A stretch of DNA of 64,000 nt from Marsupella aquatica (GCA_973895155.1 OZ316891.1:12088771-12152770); one strand, 5' to 3'. Counted from the stretch's first letter, positions 46,471 through 59,477 are shown. Program-made: numbers and translations. Notes: generated by a model not told the origin, from the sequence alone.

Positions 46471-46637
46471 CTTGGCTTCTGGTCACTTGCATCCTTTTTC
46501 AGATGTACATTCATCCAGCATCTGGAGTTCCAGCTCTACCATTCCATGGTGCTGCTACATGGCATCTAGGCCAGGTGCACTTACCTCTATTCAACACTCA
46601 CCGCTTCAGTCCAAGTGTTGGGGGGGAGGAGGTCCCT

Positions 46638-46812
46638 TGTAACGTGGCTGACAATATTTCTGAGTTTCATGGTGTGGACCAACTTAGATCAGCAGTTGTA
46701 ACGTGGCTGACAATATTTCTGAGTTTCATGGTGTGGACCAACTCAGATCAGCAGTTGTAACGTGGCTGACAATATTTCCGAGTTTCATGGTGTGGACCAA
46801 CTCAGATCAGCA
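46638..46812 (+). repeat. 3 x 59-bp tandem repeat between DNMT and RT
   Basis: TGTAACGTGGCTGACAATATTTC... starts at 46638, 46697 and 46756. Confidence 0.95.
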
Positions 46813-46992
46813 GGTACAACAGGCCTTGGAGAGGCCTCATCACCTTATCAGCAGCATGTTAGCAGCTTGGACAGTGGAGAGATTGGCACTTCTCGCTCTT
46901 CAAGCACGAGTACATCAGGTCCTATTCCTAGTGTTGCCAACTGCACATTCATCATGGGCAACCACCTGAGTAAAAGATAGAAGGACCAGCTA

Positions 46993-49932
46993 TTGAATTT
47001 GCTCCTCAAGCATGAGAACATGTTTGCTTTCTCTATGAAGGACTTGGATAAGTGCAAGACCATACAGTTTTCCATTGAGTTGGCTGATGAAACACCTATC
47101 TTCAGGCGGAGACATCGTTTGAGTAAGCATGAGTGGCAGCTGGTGAATGAGAGGTGCCAAGAGTTATATGAAGCTGGTCTTATTCAGCCATCTACATCAG
47201 ATTTTGCAGCAGCTACAGTGATGCCAGCAAAGAAGGATTCCAGTGGATTGTGGACAGAGAAGCGCATGTGTGGGGACTACAGGCCACAGAACCAGGTAAC
47301 ACCCCAGGCCAAGTATCTCATGCCATGGCCAGAGGAACTATTTGACAGCATTGGAGACTCAGACATCTTCACTCTTGTGGATCTAAGGCAAGGCTTTAAC
47401 CAGATTTTGCTGTTTGCAAAGGACCGCAAGAAAACAACTTTCCATGGTAGTAACCAACTATAGGAATGGTTGGTGATGCCATTTGGCTTGAAGAATGCGC
47501 CCATATTCTTTCAAAGAGTCATGGACCAGGTTCTTCAAGGTGCTGAGTTTCTAAAATGCTACATTGATGATGTGTTGGTCCACAGCAAAGGATTTGACCA
47601 ACATCTACTTGACCTTGAGGAGCTATTCATGAGGCTTAAGAAGGTGAACCTAAGATACACCCCAAGAAGTGTAAATTTGTTGTCAGATTAGTAGTATACC
47701 TTGGACACCGCATTCTTCCAAATGGAACCATGGCTCACTGGGCCAAGGTGGTATCCATCTTGGAAATGCCCACTCCTACCGATGTTCACACTTTGAGGAG
47801 TTTTATTGGGTTGTGCAATTACTACCAGATCTACATCAAAGATTTCAGCACCATTGCACACCCATTGTATGCTTTGTTGAAAAAGAATGTGACTTGGACA
47901 TGGAGTACAGATGTTGAGGCAGCATTTGCCACTTTGAAGGAGAAGCTCTCAGAACACCCGGTGCTGAGAAGACCTGATTTCAACAAGGCCTTTGTGCTAC
48001 ACACAGATTGGAGTGCCCTTGGGATTGGTGCCATTCTGGGCCAGCATGATGAGGAAGGTAAAGAGTACGTCATTGCCTATGCATCCAGGAGCAACAATCA
48101 GGTAGAGAGTCATTATTCTTCGTATGAGGATGAATGCCTTGCTGTTGTGTGGGCTGTCATACATTACAGGCCCTACCTCTATGGGACCAGGTTTGTCCTC
48201 TACACCGACCACCAGCCCTTGAAGTGGTTGATGACCAACGACAAGCTTACTGGCAAGCTTGCTCGTTGGGCGCTCATACTCCAGGAGTATGATTTTGAGG
48301 TAATTCATAGGCCTGGTGTGACACATCAAAATGCTGACACTATGTCCCGCAGCCCTTTGATTGCCTCTGATGATTCCTCAGATGCACGACAGGATTTTGA
48401 CAAGGTTTCCATCCTGCCTACATTTCATGCATCTACCTATCTTGCTTTGCTGCCATGCTACGTTGTTGACCAACCTGTGGTGGACATATGGGAGGACAAC
48501 GACACTCTGAGATTTCTGCAGCATGGGGAGTACCCCACCCATGTTACTGCTGCCCAGAGAGACCGAATTCAGCAAAGGTCCAAGCGCTACTTGTGGAAGG
48601 GAGATCATCTTGTGCGTTGCTTGCCAGACAGGGAAGTGGTGGTTCCACCCATTCATGAGAGGGTTGGCCTTATCCGTAAGGTACATTCTGAGCTTAATTG
48701 GTCATTTTGGCGTTAAGAGGACTTACAGCCTCTTGGTCCCTCATTATCATTGGAGAGGCATGCATGGCCAGGTTCGAGATGTTATTGCTCGGTGTGAGCA
48801 GTGTGATAGGGTAAGGACTTCTTTCACATCCCGACAACCCACACTTCATCCACTCCCTATTCAGGGCATGTTTTATCGTTGGTCATGTGATTTGGCTGGA
48901 GAATTACCCCTCACATCTCGAGGTAATCTCTACATCATGATCATGATAGAACATTTCTCCAAGTGGATAGAACTTGTGGCATTGTCGGATAAGACCTCCC
49001 GTAGCACCAGCTAGACATTCCTGCAACAAGTTCTCAGCCGCTTTGGAGCTTGTGCAGAATGTCTCATTGACCAGGGCTCAGAGTTTAGAGGAGAGTTCCA
49101 GGAGCTGCTTGATCAGGCCCTCATTGATCATCGCCGGACATCACGAGATCACCCACAGGCAGATGGCTTGGCAGAGCGCATGGTTCAGACATGCAAGAAG
49201 GGTCTCCGGAAGATTTGCCTCACCAAAAATGAGGATTGGGACCTGGCCTTACCCTACATTGCCATGGGGTATAGGATGTCTATACATGCATCATTGTCTA
49301 ACTTTTCTCCCTACTTCTTGTTGTTTGGTTGTCACCCAATTCCACCTTCTGCTATTGCTGCTCACATGCTTCAGGTGGTGGACTTGGATTCAACTGTGAC
49401 TTGGTCTGATATGATCTCTGAGAGGGCTGCCCTATTCAGGAGGGTTATGCCCATGGCCATGGAGAATTTGGCCATTGCACAACATAGGGACACACTGCGT
49501 TATGCACACACACGAGGAGGCACTTTTCAGCCCAAGGTCAGGAAGTTTGATGTGGGAGATTTTGTGTACTTGCAGCGGCAAGCTAACGACACCCTGGACA
49601 CCTCTACCAGTCGTACCATTCTCAGGGTTAAGGCTATTCGACCGTCTGGAGTGCTAGAGTTACAAGGGGCAGATGGGCGCACAATTGCTGACAATGCCAA
49701 GAATTGCGCCCCTTGTCATCTGCCCAACCTGGATCCCACCATTGTGACTTCTACCTGGATTCCACCTGTGGACTACCCTTGCAAAGTGTGTTTGCAAATT
49801 GATGATCCTGACCAGATGCTGCTATGTGATAATTGCAATGGAGGGTACCATATTTTCTGCCTTCAGCCTGAACTTACCCAGGTGCCAGAAGGGTTATGGT
49901 TTTGCCCTTCCTGTGCTCCACGTGCTACCTGA
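46993..49932 (+). pseudogene. pol: pol: RT, RNase H, integrase and C-terminal PHD finger (49780-49914)
   Basis: YIDD, RNase H and integrase motifs; C4HC3 pattern CKVC...LLCDNC...YHIFC...WFCPSC. Confidence 0.92.
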
Positions 49933-50839
49933 CTTTTCTTCAGCCCTCCTTTTGGCTGTGGTATGGGGGGGGGGGAATACAGAGGTTTACACCTCCACCA
50001 TGTACATACCACCTCAGTTGCTTTTTCTTGGCACTTGTGAATGTGGTTGGACTTTTTCTATGCATGTTGGTTGCTAGCAGCTTGCACATATGCATTGCCG
50101 ATGACTTGTATGTTTTCGATACACTATGGCTACGATGCTATATGTCACGACACCCTTCAACTACTAACAAACTAATATGGTCCGTGAACTATGTGTAATG
50201 TTACATGTATTGTATAGACATAGAGGTACTAGGAGAAACACTTTGGATGGAGAATTACCTTCCTATTTGTCTTCAATGAAATCGTCCTAATTACCTTTCT
50301 ACATTTAATCTTTGTACTTCCATCATCTATTCCAACTTTTCACAAGTACAAATAGTTCAATAAACCAAGCTTAGAGAACCAAGGGATACACAAACTAATT
50401 ATGTAGTGAGTAATTTATTTGTTTGTCTTGGCAGTGTCCAGATCATTCAAGGACGGGATGCTAGCTTAAGTGTCCGTACTCCTCATAGTCCCTGGCGCAT
50501 GAAACAATGGCTCTAAATAGACCGCTTTAGGGCAGGTTAGGGGGTGACCCAAAGAGTAGGCGAAGGCCACTTCGTCTCCCTCGTTTCAGAGCGAGTCGAA
50601 GAAATACTGTTTTCGAGCTCAAAATCGCTCCGCCGTGCTCAATAAAATCCTCAACTCCTTCGAGCGCTTTTGTGCTGGTGAAGAAATTCGCTCACCAATT
50701 CGTTCTGCACCTTCTCGTCAACATCGACTTAATTTCTGCAGGAGGGGAGGACAATCTACGACTTTAGGGGAGTCTTCAGCCCGTTTCCTATCGGCCGTCG
50801 CTGCGTAGGGAATTGATTTTTTGTAGACGAGGAAAAGCA

Positions 50840-51055
50840 ATGGCGGGGCGCGAAGGAGCCAAGCTGATTCTAGGCATGAGCGAGACGAAGGTGAAAAACG
50901 TAGCGGTGGCAGGGTGTTTGTCCGCATTTGTGGCATCAGTCTATGTCTACACGATGAAGGCGGTGGGCGGGACAGATGAACTGCAGGCTGCAGTGGAGGC
51001 TTTTGAGAGAGAGAAGGCCTCCACGCCGTCGCAATCCGCCCCTACCTCAACCTGA
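50840..51055 (+). CDS. Small single-pass membrane protein, plant cytochrome c oxidase assembly factor 3 (COA3)-like, 71 aa
   Basis: KNVAVAGCLSAFVASVYVYTMKAVGGTDELQ resembles a conserved small plant protein family; ATG at 50840. Confidence 0.75.
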   Translation: MAGREGAKLILGMSETKVKNVAVAGCLSAFVASVYVYTMKAVGGTDELQAAVEAFEREKASTPSQSAPTST

Positions 51056-51813
51056 TTTTTCCTGGTGAGGGCTTTTTCCTCCGCCTGTGCTTCTGCTCCC
51101 TCTCCAGCAGGTCCATACGTAATGCCCCCCAGGCAGGAAAACGCAGTTCCCGTCAAATTTTTGCGGACTCGTACAGCAGAGCTCGATCTGTTCGAAAATT
51201 CTGTAGAGATAGATTCGTCCACTCAAATTCAAATTGTGCTGTGAATCGTCCCTGTTAGTGGAGAGCTCTCCAACTTAAGTGGGAGGAGATCGCGATTGAT
51301 TCAAGTTCGTGGACGATCGTCTCACATATGACCTAATATAAGTCCTGTTTTGGCAAACTGGGAGACTTGTTCCAAATCCGGAGAAGGATAAGAGAGTGTA
51401 GACGTAGAGATGTGTGAGAGAAGCGGTGATTTGTTCATGATCTCCGAGACGGCTTGCTGGGAAAACTCTATATCAGTGCAAGGATGGCAGTCTGTAGCGA
51501 GGTTTGGATGTGTCTTGCGAAGCAGGACTACTTGTCCTGTTTCCAACCATCTTGTCAACTGGAGCACCTGATCGTAAATGCAGACGAGATGGTTGTTCTG
51601 CTGGTGAATCACGGCCTGATGCCCCAATTGATTGCACCAAGTCCAGGGTCGAGTTCAGGTTTCTACTACAAGTTACCCGAGTGAGTCACTGGAACGAAAT
51701 AGGTTTACTTGAAGATAGTGCTGATGGTTCCGTCCCAATGTGGAGAAACGTTGTTCTTTCCCCTTTGATGACGATTGAGCTTGCCATTCAACGAGATGGT
51801 TCATGGATTAAAA

Positions 51814-51926
51814 CTGTCAAGACGAGTATAGGAACACTAGAAAGTTGATTCAGGTGGCAACACCACTTTAAAGCTGTCAAGACGAGTATAGGAACACTAG
51901 GAAGTTGATTCAGGTGGCAACACCAC
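51814..51926. repeat. Tandem duplication, 60-bp period
   Basis: CTGTCAAGACGAGTATAGGAACACTAG.AAGTTGATTCAGGTGGCAACACCAC x2. Confidence 0.9.
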
Positions 51927-52019
51927 GTTATTTAAGAACAGCTGGGCCATCAACTTCATTCATTCATTTGTCTCATTCATTTGAGAGCTTATCATTCTAG
52001 TAAAGCTATCGTTGCCCAT

Positions 52020-52215
52020 GCCGTTGCCATGCATACGTACATACAATTTTGCATAGAATTTTCATGCCAAGAAAGACTGGAACGCCCTTGTTTAGATTTT
52101 ATTGGAGCATGGTGAGGAGCCGTTGTCATGCATACGTACATACAGTTTTGCAAAGAATTTTCATGCCAAGAAAGACTGGAACGCCCTTGTTTAGATTGTA
52201 TTTGCGCATGGTCAG
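52020..52215. repeat. Direct duplication of about 100 bp
   Basis: CATGCATACGTACATACA...GAATTTTCATGCCAAGAAAGACTGGAACGCCCTTGTTTAGATT x2. Confidence 0.88.
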
Positions 52216-53289
52216 GAGTTTCACTCCTGCAGTGAAAACTATGGCTTTTGAAGTTATCTGAAACCTTTAAAGATTGCTCTTGGAATTGTAATAATTGTTG
52301 GCCATCTCGTCCACCGACCAGTTCGGGCAATGAACAGGCAAAGGTTTAAATTGCACGGATGTCTTGGCAGCTTGTTTACTGCCTTTCATCTGAAAATTGG
52401 TCCGGATCCCAAACAAAGATATCGCAAACCGCAAGCCCTCTGTCCGTATCTACTCTTGTGTGCACTGACTCTCATTTGAAAGGTGTCTTAGCCCCACTGG
52501 ATCCCTGGGGTGTAACCTTAATGACGTGTGTAAAGCAGGAGTGCATGTATGTTTGCCATCAGATTATGTTGAATTCTAATCTTCGGCAACGTTCTGAAAA
52601 GTTTTCAACGTAGCATTCCTAGAGCAGGTGACGGCTCCGTGCCTTGACTACTAATACTGTACCGCTAACTTCATTTATTGTAGACCCAAAGATGGAGATA
52701 TTGATGACTTAAAAAATTTGTGTGGGACAGTCAAAACATCATTGACACACTCCGAAAGCCTGAGACGGGTCTACATTCCTCTAGTACTAGATCTGATATT
52801 GCAAATGAAGTCCTCTGACAAGTTTTCGATCCATCGAGCCCAGAATTTGAAAGGTTCTTGCCAAGAAACAAATAAATCAGGTGTCACTGCGAACTTCAGA
52901 CCGTCAAATTTATTCCATTCGTGTGTCAACGGAGGTTCGTATAGCTCGGAACCACTTTATAGGCAAGCCCGGCTATCATTTCTTTTATGATTGGGCCGTG
53001 GGAGATCAAGCAAACATCACAAATTCCATGGTCCAGTATCTCCAATTTACATTCCGACTCTAAAACTGCACATCTGGGACCTTCCAACTCCAAACCAGTG
53101 CCCTTATTGGCCCGGTGGAACCTATCTTGAGTTCAATGTAACGAATGAATGCTTGATATGTCACGGGGAGTCAAATGAAACAAGTACCTCTAGTTGTTCA
53201 GCACTGTTTGCATCAATGTTATCTACAAAAATTTCCTTTCGTCATCTAAAGACCTAGCCAATGAATGTGCTGCTTAGTTTACAAATGAC

Positions 53290-55328
53290 TCACAACAGCC
53301 AGGTGCTTTGCAGTTGAGATCTAAGGGAAGGTCCAAAGCATTTGGCTCGGGAAAGACAGAAATGAGTCAGTATCCCAGTAGAAGATGCTACTCGAGTGGT
53401 CTTCAAGATGTAGCAAGCGTTACACCGCGTCTTACAGCCATGCACAAGGACTCCCCAGACATCTGTGCTGGAACCTCCAGCCTGTAAGGATGTGCTTGGT
53501 CTTGACAACTCCACGTTGGAGTTTCCGTCACTCATGCAGCATTCGGAGAGGGCCTCTTGATCCAATCGGTGCACCAAAATGATTCCATCCGGTGCTGACT
53601 CGAGAAGACACTCCTTCGCAGACGTCCAACTATCAGGCTTCTCAAACAGCTCCTCTGAAACGCTTTGTCGTTCACCATAAATACTGTTGTACTTTGGAAC
53701 AAATTGCAAGAAAGGGGCTTCCGGAAGATGTCTGACAATCTCGGTTAGATATCTCTCCATCCATTTCTCCAGTGCACTACTGCCAGGTCCGGCAGGTTGT
53801 TGAGCAAATGGCTTATCTGGCAAGGTCTCCTGGGTGCACGTGAGTCCACCAAAAAACCCAACGCTATCGTTTGTAAAAGGATTAGTCATCACCCTCGGCC
53901 GCAGAGGTTTGTGTCTAGCAAACTGATCTCCACCATGATGTATTCTCTGCTGCGACTTCCCTGGCCCAAACTTCCCATCTGAAGGAAGACCCCATGACTT
54001 CCTGTTAAAAACAACAATTCAACGTCAGAAACCTGCCTTGGTCTTAATTAGCCCATTTAAACATTTATATCAAAGATGGGTCTCCGATCGGGAAACCGTA
54101 TCCAGGCGAAAAGGCAAATATCCAGCCGTTGCAAAGGTTGTGGCATTAGGAGGTACGCGACGAATAAAACGCCTAAGAGTGGGGTGATAGTGCTGCTGAC
54201 CGAAGACAGGGAATTAATCGGTTTCAACTTCAAAAACTGGCCTTCAATCATTGCTACAATTGAAATACTTCACTCCTTTCCGGTTCCCATAGCTAGCTTT
54301 AAGTTCCAACTACCGATGGCAAAACACTAACGAACGCTGTCAACGTCAACGTACTGCAGTTCCATCGCTATGGTAGGGATGCTCTGGGGATACTCTTTAC
54401 ATGCACGGTGTACACTTCAAAATAGTCTTATCAATTCTAGCTGCTGAATTATAGGCAATTCCCCATCACCGCGAAGAAGTTTCGTTCATTCAAATATTTC
54501 TCCAATTCCGTGAATCGATAGTTTAGATCGCAAGAGTCGGTACTTAGTCCAAGTCAGCGCCGTTCCCTCGAGACGTTCAGGAAGCTTAGGATGAGATCGA
54601 CTCATCTTGCTCCGGAGCCACACTTATAGCGACGTCGGGGACGTGTTATTTTGGCTGGCTATGGACTCGCTTTGGGTATTCCTATTTCCGCAATATCTAT
54701 CCTTAATCACCTACTCGACAATGAGAAGAAACCTGTCGTGCGGCACGCACCGCCCCGCCCAAATCGATGACGGTTAGGAGGACGACTGCATTCAGAAGTT
54801 CGCCAAGAACCAAGTCGTTGGAAATTCAGAACTAGTGAAACCCGCCGGAGGTAGGACGAAACAGGCCGGATAAGGGGAACCGCCGAAAGAAATAAGAAAA
54901 GCGAAACGAACGAGTGAAGCTCACGAATGACAAAATGGTCTCCCGTCTTACTCCTCTTTCCTTCTTGACTCCTTCTCCTTCTCTTATATGTCCACAGAAT
55001 TCATTCTTCTCCGGACCAGCTCCTTTGAAACATACAGCGAGAGCAAATTCGGTCTTCGCGGAAGTGGTAAACTCAACTACGATGTCGTGTACTGCTATCC
55101 ATCTATCGATTCACCCTCCCAACCCAATCCTTGCCAAAACACCTCACACCGTATGATCGAATCATTCAAAGGAACTCAAGTCGATTACAAAAACACTAAC
55201 CGAGAAGAGAAGCAGTCGGCGACACCGGCCTTGCCAGAAATCGTTGCAGCGGCAGCGCTGCCAACTCCACCACCTCCGCAAGCTGCTCCTACCGTCCCCA
55301 ACGACTGGGAGCAGATCGCATATGCCAT
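53290..55328 (-). CDS. Conserved plant protein of unknown function; exons 55328-55201 and 54001-53290
   Basis: ATG at 55328; donor CG|GTTAGT and acceptor TAACAG| join in frame. WM..EIVRHLPEAPFL, PDGIILVHRL, WGVLVHG, CYILKT.RV, THFCL and QSTWL resemble a conserved plant family. Confidence 0.75.
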
Positions 55329-58300
55329 GCCTCCAGTGCCGCAAACAATCAAATCCTCCTCCGCTTCAAAACCACTCGTCTATTTCTTCTATTTGCCTTT
55401 CTCGTCCGCCTTCGCCTCCTCCTCCTCCTCCTCCTCCTCGCTTAACTCGTCGACAGAAGGAACGCTTCTTCAATTCGCTTTGAATCTCTCGTTTGTCGCG
55501 TCGGACTCGCCAAATTCGCTTCCTCCTCCTCCTCCCCCTCCTCTCCCTTCGTCGAATCGCTCCAACAGAGAGAGGCGGAAATGGCGACGACTTCGCTCGA
55601 ATCTTCTTTGCTTTCTTCGTAGAATCGTCTTGGAGTTCAGATGCGTTCTTTTGTGTTGTCTCACGCTTACGTTGCTTTTCGTTCGCAGCTAAAAGTGGAA
55701 TTGCAATCGCGCTCCCGGTCTTATAATGAAACTCATTAACTCAAAACGGACATGGCGGGGGATATTATATTAGGGTTAATTGTCATTAGCCAGTCATTAT
55801 TGTCCTTGACGAGATCTAATGTTGGGGGTCATTCTTCTGGTCAATGGTTTGCATGGGAAAGTATGATTTTACCAATCAGGCAATCAGGTTGTGTGCTGAC
55901 TGAGTGCAGTGCTGGGGTACGCGGACTTTTGATGATCCACGTTTTTAATTATTTTCAGCTTTTTTTCGACCCTATTTACTTGACCTCGAAGGAGTATTCT
56001 CAATAATTAAAGATTTTGAGGGGGGTCCACATTTCGTTGAGGGCTTCTCATTGGGGTCAAGGCGCGTGAGTTGGGAGCTCTTTGAATTGGCAATCTTTAC
56101 CTTTTTGGGGTATTGTTTCCACCCCTCTTTTTCTTCTATCCATGGGTTCTCTAGCTGTGTTATTTTCCTGTTATTTCTTATAAGGCAAGCTCTCGAGCAA
56201 GCCATGCAATTGGCTTGCAGGCAAGGAAACCTCTGGCTTCTATTCTTGTAAAGTATCTGAGTCTAGAAAGGTCTTGGGGATTGTAGGGCTGAGTGTATTC
56301 TAGTTTTGGGTGGCGCATGTGATAAGTTTCTCATGCTGCAAACCAACATTAAAAACCCCTTCTGCCTTGCAACTGTGTGAGCTACCGCTCTATCATAGAG
56401 AACCAAATGTATTCGCAGCTCTTAATGGACTTAGTGAATTTTCTCTTGGTGCTCTGTGGATAAAAATGCACAGTTCAAATTTTCACGGAGAGCCATGAAA
56501 TTTCTCCTTTACTTTACTGAGAATAATGAAAGTGAAAATTTTTGTGAGTCTTTCCATGCTTTAATGCCCTGTTATGAGGGTATTATGGGCAAATAACAGC
56601 TCCTGAAAACTCAAGCTAAATTCCCCAGTTCTTGGAACATTTGGCTAACAGGGATTACAAAAGAATTTAGTATCCTTCCTGATTTGTTCTTGTTATGATT
56701 TTGAAGGTATTGATGAAGAAAAATTGTCAATATTTGGATCGACTCATAAGACAAATTCTGCTCCATAATTACTATAATTAATGAAAATAGAAATCTCCTC
56801 AGCTTTTATGCCCCATTTCCCTTATTTTCAACAATATTCAGGAGATATCGATACGAGCCGGATTACCTGTCCTCTTGGAAGTAAACGCAAGTGAAACCCC
56901 CTGAAAAACATGCCCCCTTTTGTACTTGCACAGATAGGTGAGCTTTTTGCAAGGCCAACCCTCAACTCTGAGGCGGGCTTTGCCACCAACCCAGGAATTC
57001 CAAGAATAAAAATGGAACAATCGAGTGGAGGCTGAGCAACCGAAGTACAAACATGTAATCTGCGAGAGGAATCTTCCGTTCGATTCCCCGCAGCAGCGCG
57101 TGTTGGCGCGAGCGAGATCCGGGCTCCCAGGCCATGTAGGACGCCAGGTAAGCATGAGCCCTCTCGTAGGGGTCTGTCGACGGCCCAGATTGGATGGCCC
57201 GGGCACTTGCGACAAGGAAGAGCGTGTGTCCGCGCGAGGCGATCGTTTCTCGGCGTGTGCCTCCGGCATCGCGACGGGTTTGATGCTCGTGCTCTCCTCG
57301 CTCCGCTGTGTTCCGGCTGCAGGGCATCTAGTGGGTGGGCTCTCCCGGGCAAGCTCCGGCACTCGACTGGTACCATTCTCGACCAACCGTTCACAGCAGG
57401 CGACACGACAGGATCGATGAGATAATACTAATTTAATAAGATTGACGTCGAAACACACGAGCCAGGTCTTGCCCTTCCGTCCTCAACCAACCGTTTACAG
57501 AATCCATATTTGTTCCCTGCTATCCTCGACCAACCGTTTAATTGTCAGGAGCGTCAAAGTGGGTCAGAGTCGTTCGTAATTCCTGTCACGAAAAACGGTT
57601 ACGGTGGTGTGTAACCATTTCCATAACCTTTTGCCCAGAAAATATTATTCCATAATTTTTTTCATGGGTGGTTTTACTTAGGATAATGATTCTTGTTTGT
57701 GCTGGGATTCTAGTCTCGAACCTGTTCCCACAAAGCTCACAAAAACTTACTGTAATAGGTGCATTTTTTCACTTAGGTGCATTTTCTCACTTTCTGGTCA
57801 CAGGACCTAGACCAATGGGTCATTGCCCTATACAAAAACAAATGGCGCAAGGGCTTTGCCCATTGAACAATGATGTGGGTCCAAGGTGGCGAGAAGTTTG
57901 TGGGTGAGGAAGGACAGAGACACCCTGGATCTTCAAAGACTGTCTGTCCGTCAGTCCGTCTGTTACAAGGGATCATCACTGAGAAGGGATGTATTCGTTT
58001 GACGAATTATGCAAAGAAAGACTACTGTACAGTGGGGGGAGAAATAAAGTCAAAATCACCGAAATATGCGTTTTGGGGCAGTCACGGCATGACTGTGTTC
58101 ATTGGTCATTTGGTCGTCTACTCCTTTGGGTCATTGGAAACATTCCAAGTTTGACTTAGTGTTGCCTTTCAATTGGGTTGCTACCTTTCGCCATGGCTTT
58201 GGAATTCACCTAACCGTGTTTCAACAAGAACACAGTTTCAGACTTTCTTCATTCTGTCAGGTCCAAAGTCGGGTCAAATGGGAACTCAAAAACACACGGG

Positions 58301-59477
58301 TCAAACAAAGGTATCGGAGCACTGAATTCTATCTATACTACGCACCGTGACTTTGCATCATGGAAGATCAACAATAGGCAAAAGTGGTCAGCCTAAAGTT
58401 TGACGGTAGAGAGTTCGCTTCGGCTAACATAATATTCTCCGTGCGACCGATTGATCAAGCCTCCGATTCGGGTCAACACGAGGCTAGGGCAGTTTTTCCT
58501 TACCTGGAAGGTTCGGGAATCTTAGCGGATGACTTTCCAGAAGATCGAGGAGCAGTGGGAGGCGGCCCGCAATGATGAAGCTGTCTTTGAAAACTCGAAC
58601 TGAGTTCCTCTGATTTTTTATTTTTTATTCTTCCCTTTCAATGCTCCATGTTTGTACTTACCGATAGTTGTAGCAGTGGTACGTACGTGGAGGGTTTTGA
58701 AAAACTTGTGACGATATGAAGTTCATGGATTGATCCAGCCGCCGATTGCTTCGGGTCACGATGAAGGGAAGCTTTCTCGATTTGAGATCGAATTAAAACT
58801 TCCTTCAAACGTTTAATACTTACAAAGACAAGAAAGGTGTGCATCTTATGCCCACCAGACAAAGATAATCATCATGATGTTAAGGCTGATGCACGGAACA
58901 CGAACAAATCCTTCACTTTGTAGACATATTTTGTACAGCTCAGGTGCTGTGGCCTTAACTGTCGATTCAAATTTGTTGTCGTCGCTGCTAGCAGCTCTGT
59001 ATTAAAATCATTTACAAATACACTTCAAAAGACTGATCGATATTGATTCGCCTCGATCAACACAACTGTAGCTTTTACACTACTTTTGTCACTGTATGCG
59101 ATCCGCATCATAAATAGTGCTTGCGAACTGGTGGCTAAACGTAAATAGGTCTAGATTCTCAAACGACCGGGTATTTCTAGATAAAGTTGTGGGGACAGAT
59201 ACGTACTCTTACTTACTGCAAAGTAGCCGGCTATTACTACAAAACTGTTATATCCGTTCAAGTCTCATGATTCCGAATTCATATGACGAGCCTGATGATA
59301 TTCCCCCAAATTCAATGCAAGCAATCTCCTCGCCTAAAAATTGCTACAATTGTTCTCAATATGTTAGTACACCTCTCTCTTCTCAAGCTCGCGCGATCCG
59401 CATTCATGTGGCAAAACTGCACAACTTGTTGGATTGGTCTAGTTAGATCCAAGGAAATGGAAATCTTGGATCATGGA

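Larger units (their letters stand above)
42423..49980 (+). mobile_element. Decayed Ty3/Gypsy LTR retrotransposon internal region: gag - protease - DNMT - RT - RNase H - integrase - PHD
   Basis: Gag zinc knuckle CDFCGKVGHLEAVC; protease DTG at 44875; RT RMCGDYR, MPFGLKNAP, YIDD; RNase H HTDWS, YTDHQPL; integrase GHFG...CEQC, DQGSEF, GLAER; polypurine tract at about 49964-49978. Several stops and frameshifts; paired LTRs not found. Confidence 0.93.

Noticed and set aside
49980-50220. 3' LTR of the Gypsy element
   Set aside because: No direct-repeat match to sequence upstream of gag was found by eye.
54988-55692. 234-aa plus-strand ORF
   Set aside because: Antisense to exon 1 and the 5' UTR of the minus-strand gene, low complexity (CCT repeats).
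56828-57458. Overlapping 120-206 aa ORFs
   Set aside because: GC-rich stretch open in several frames on both strands with no recognisable domain.
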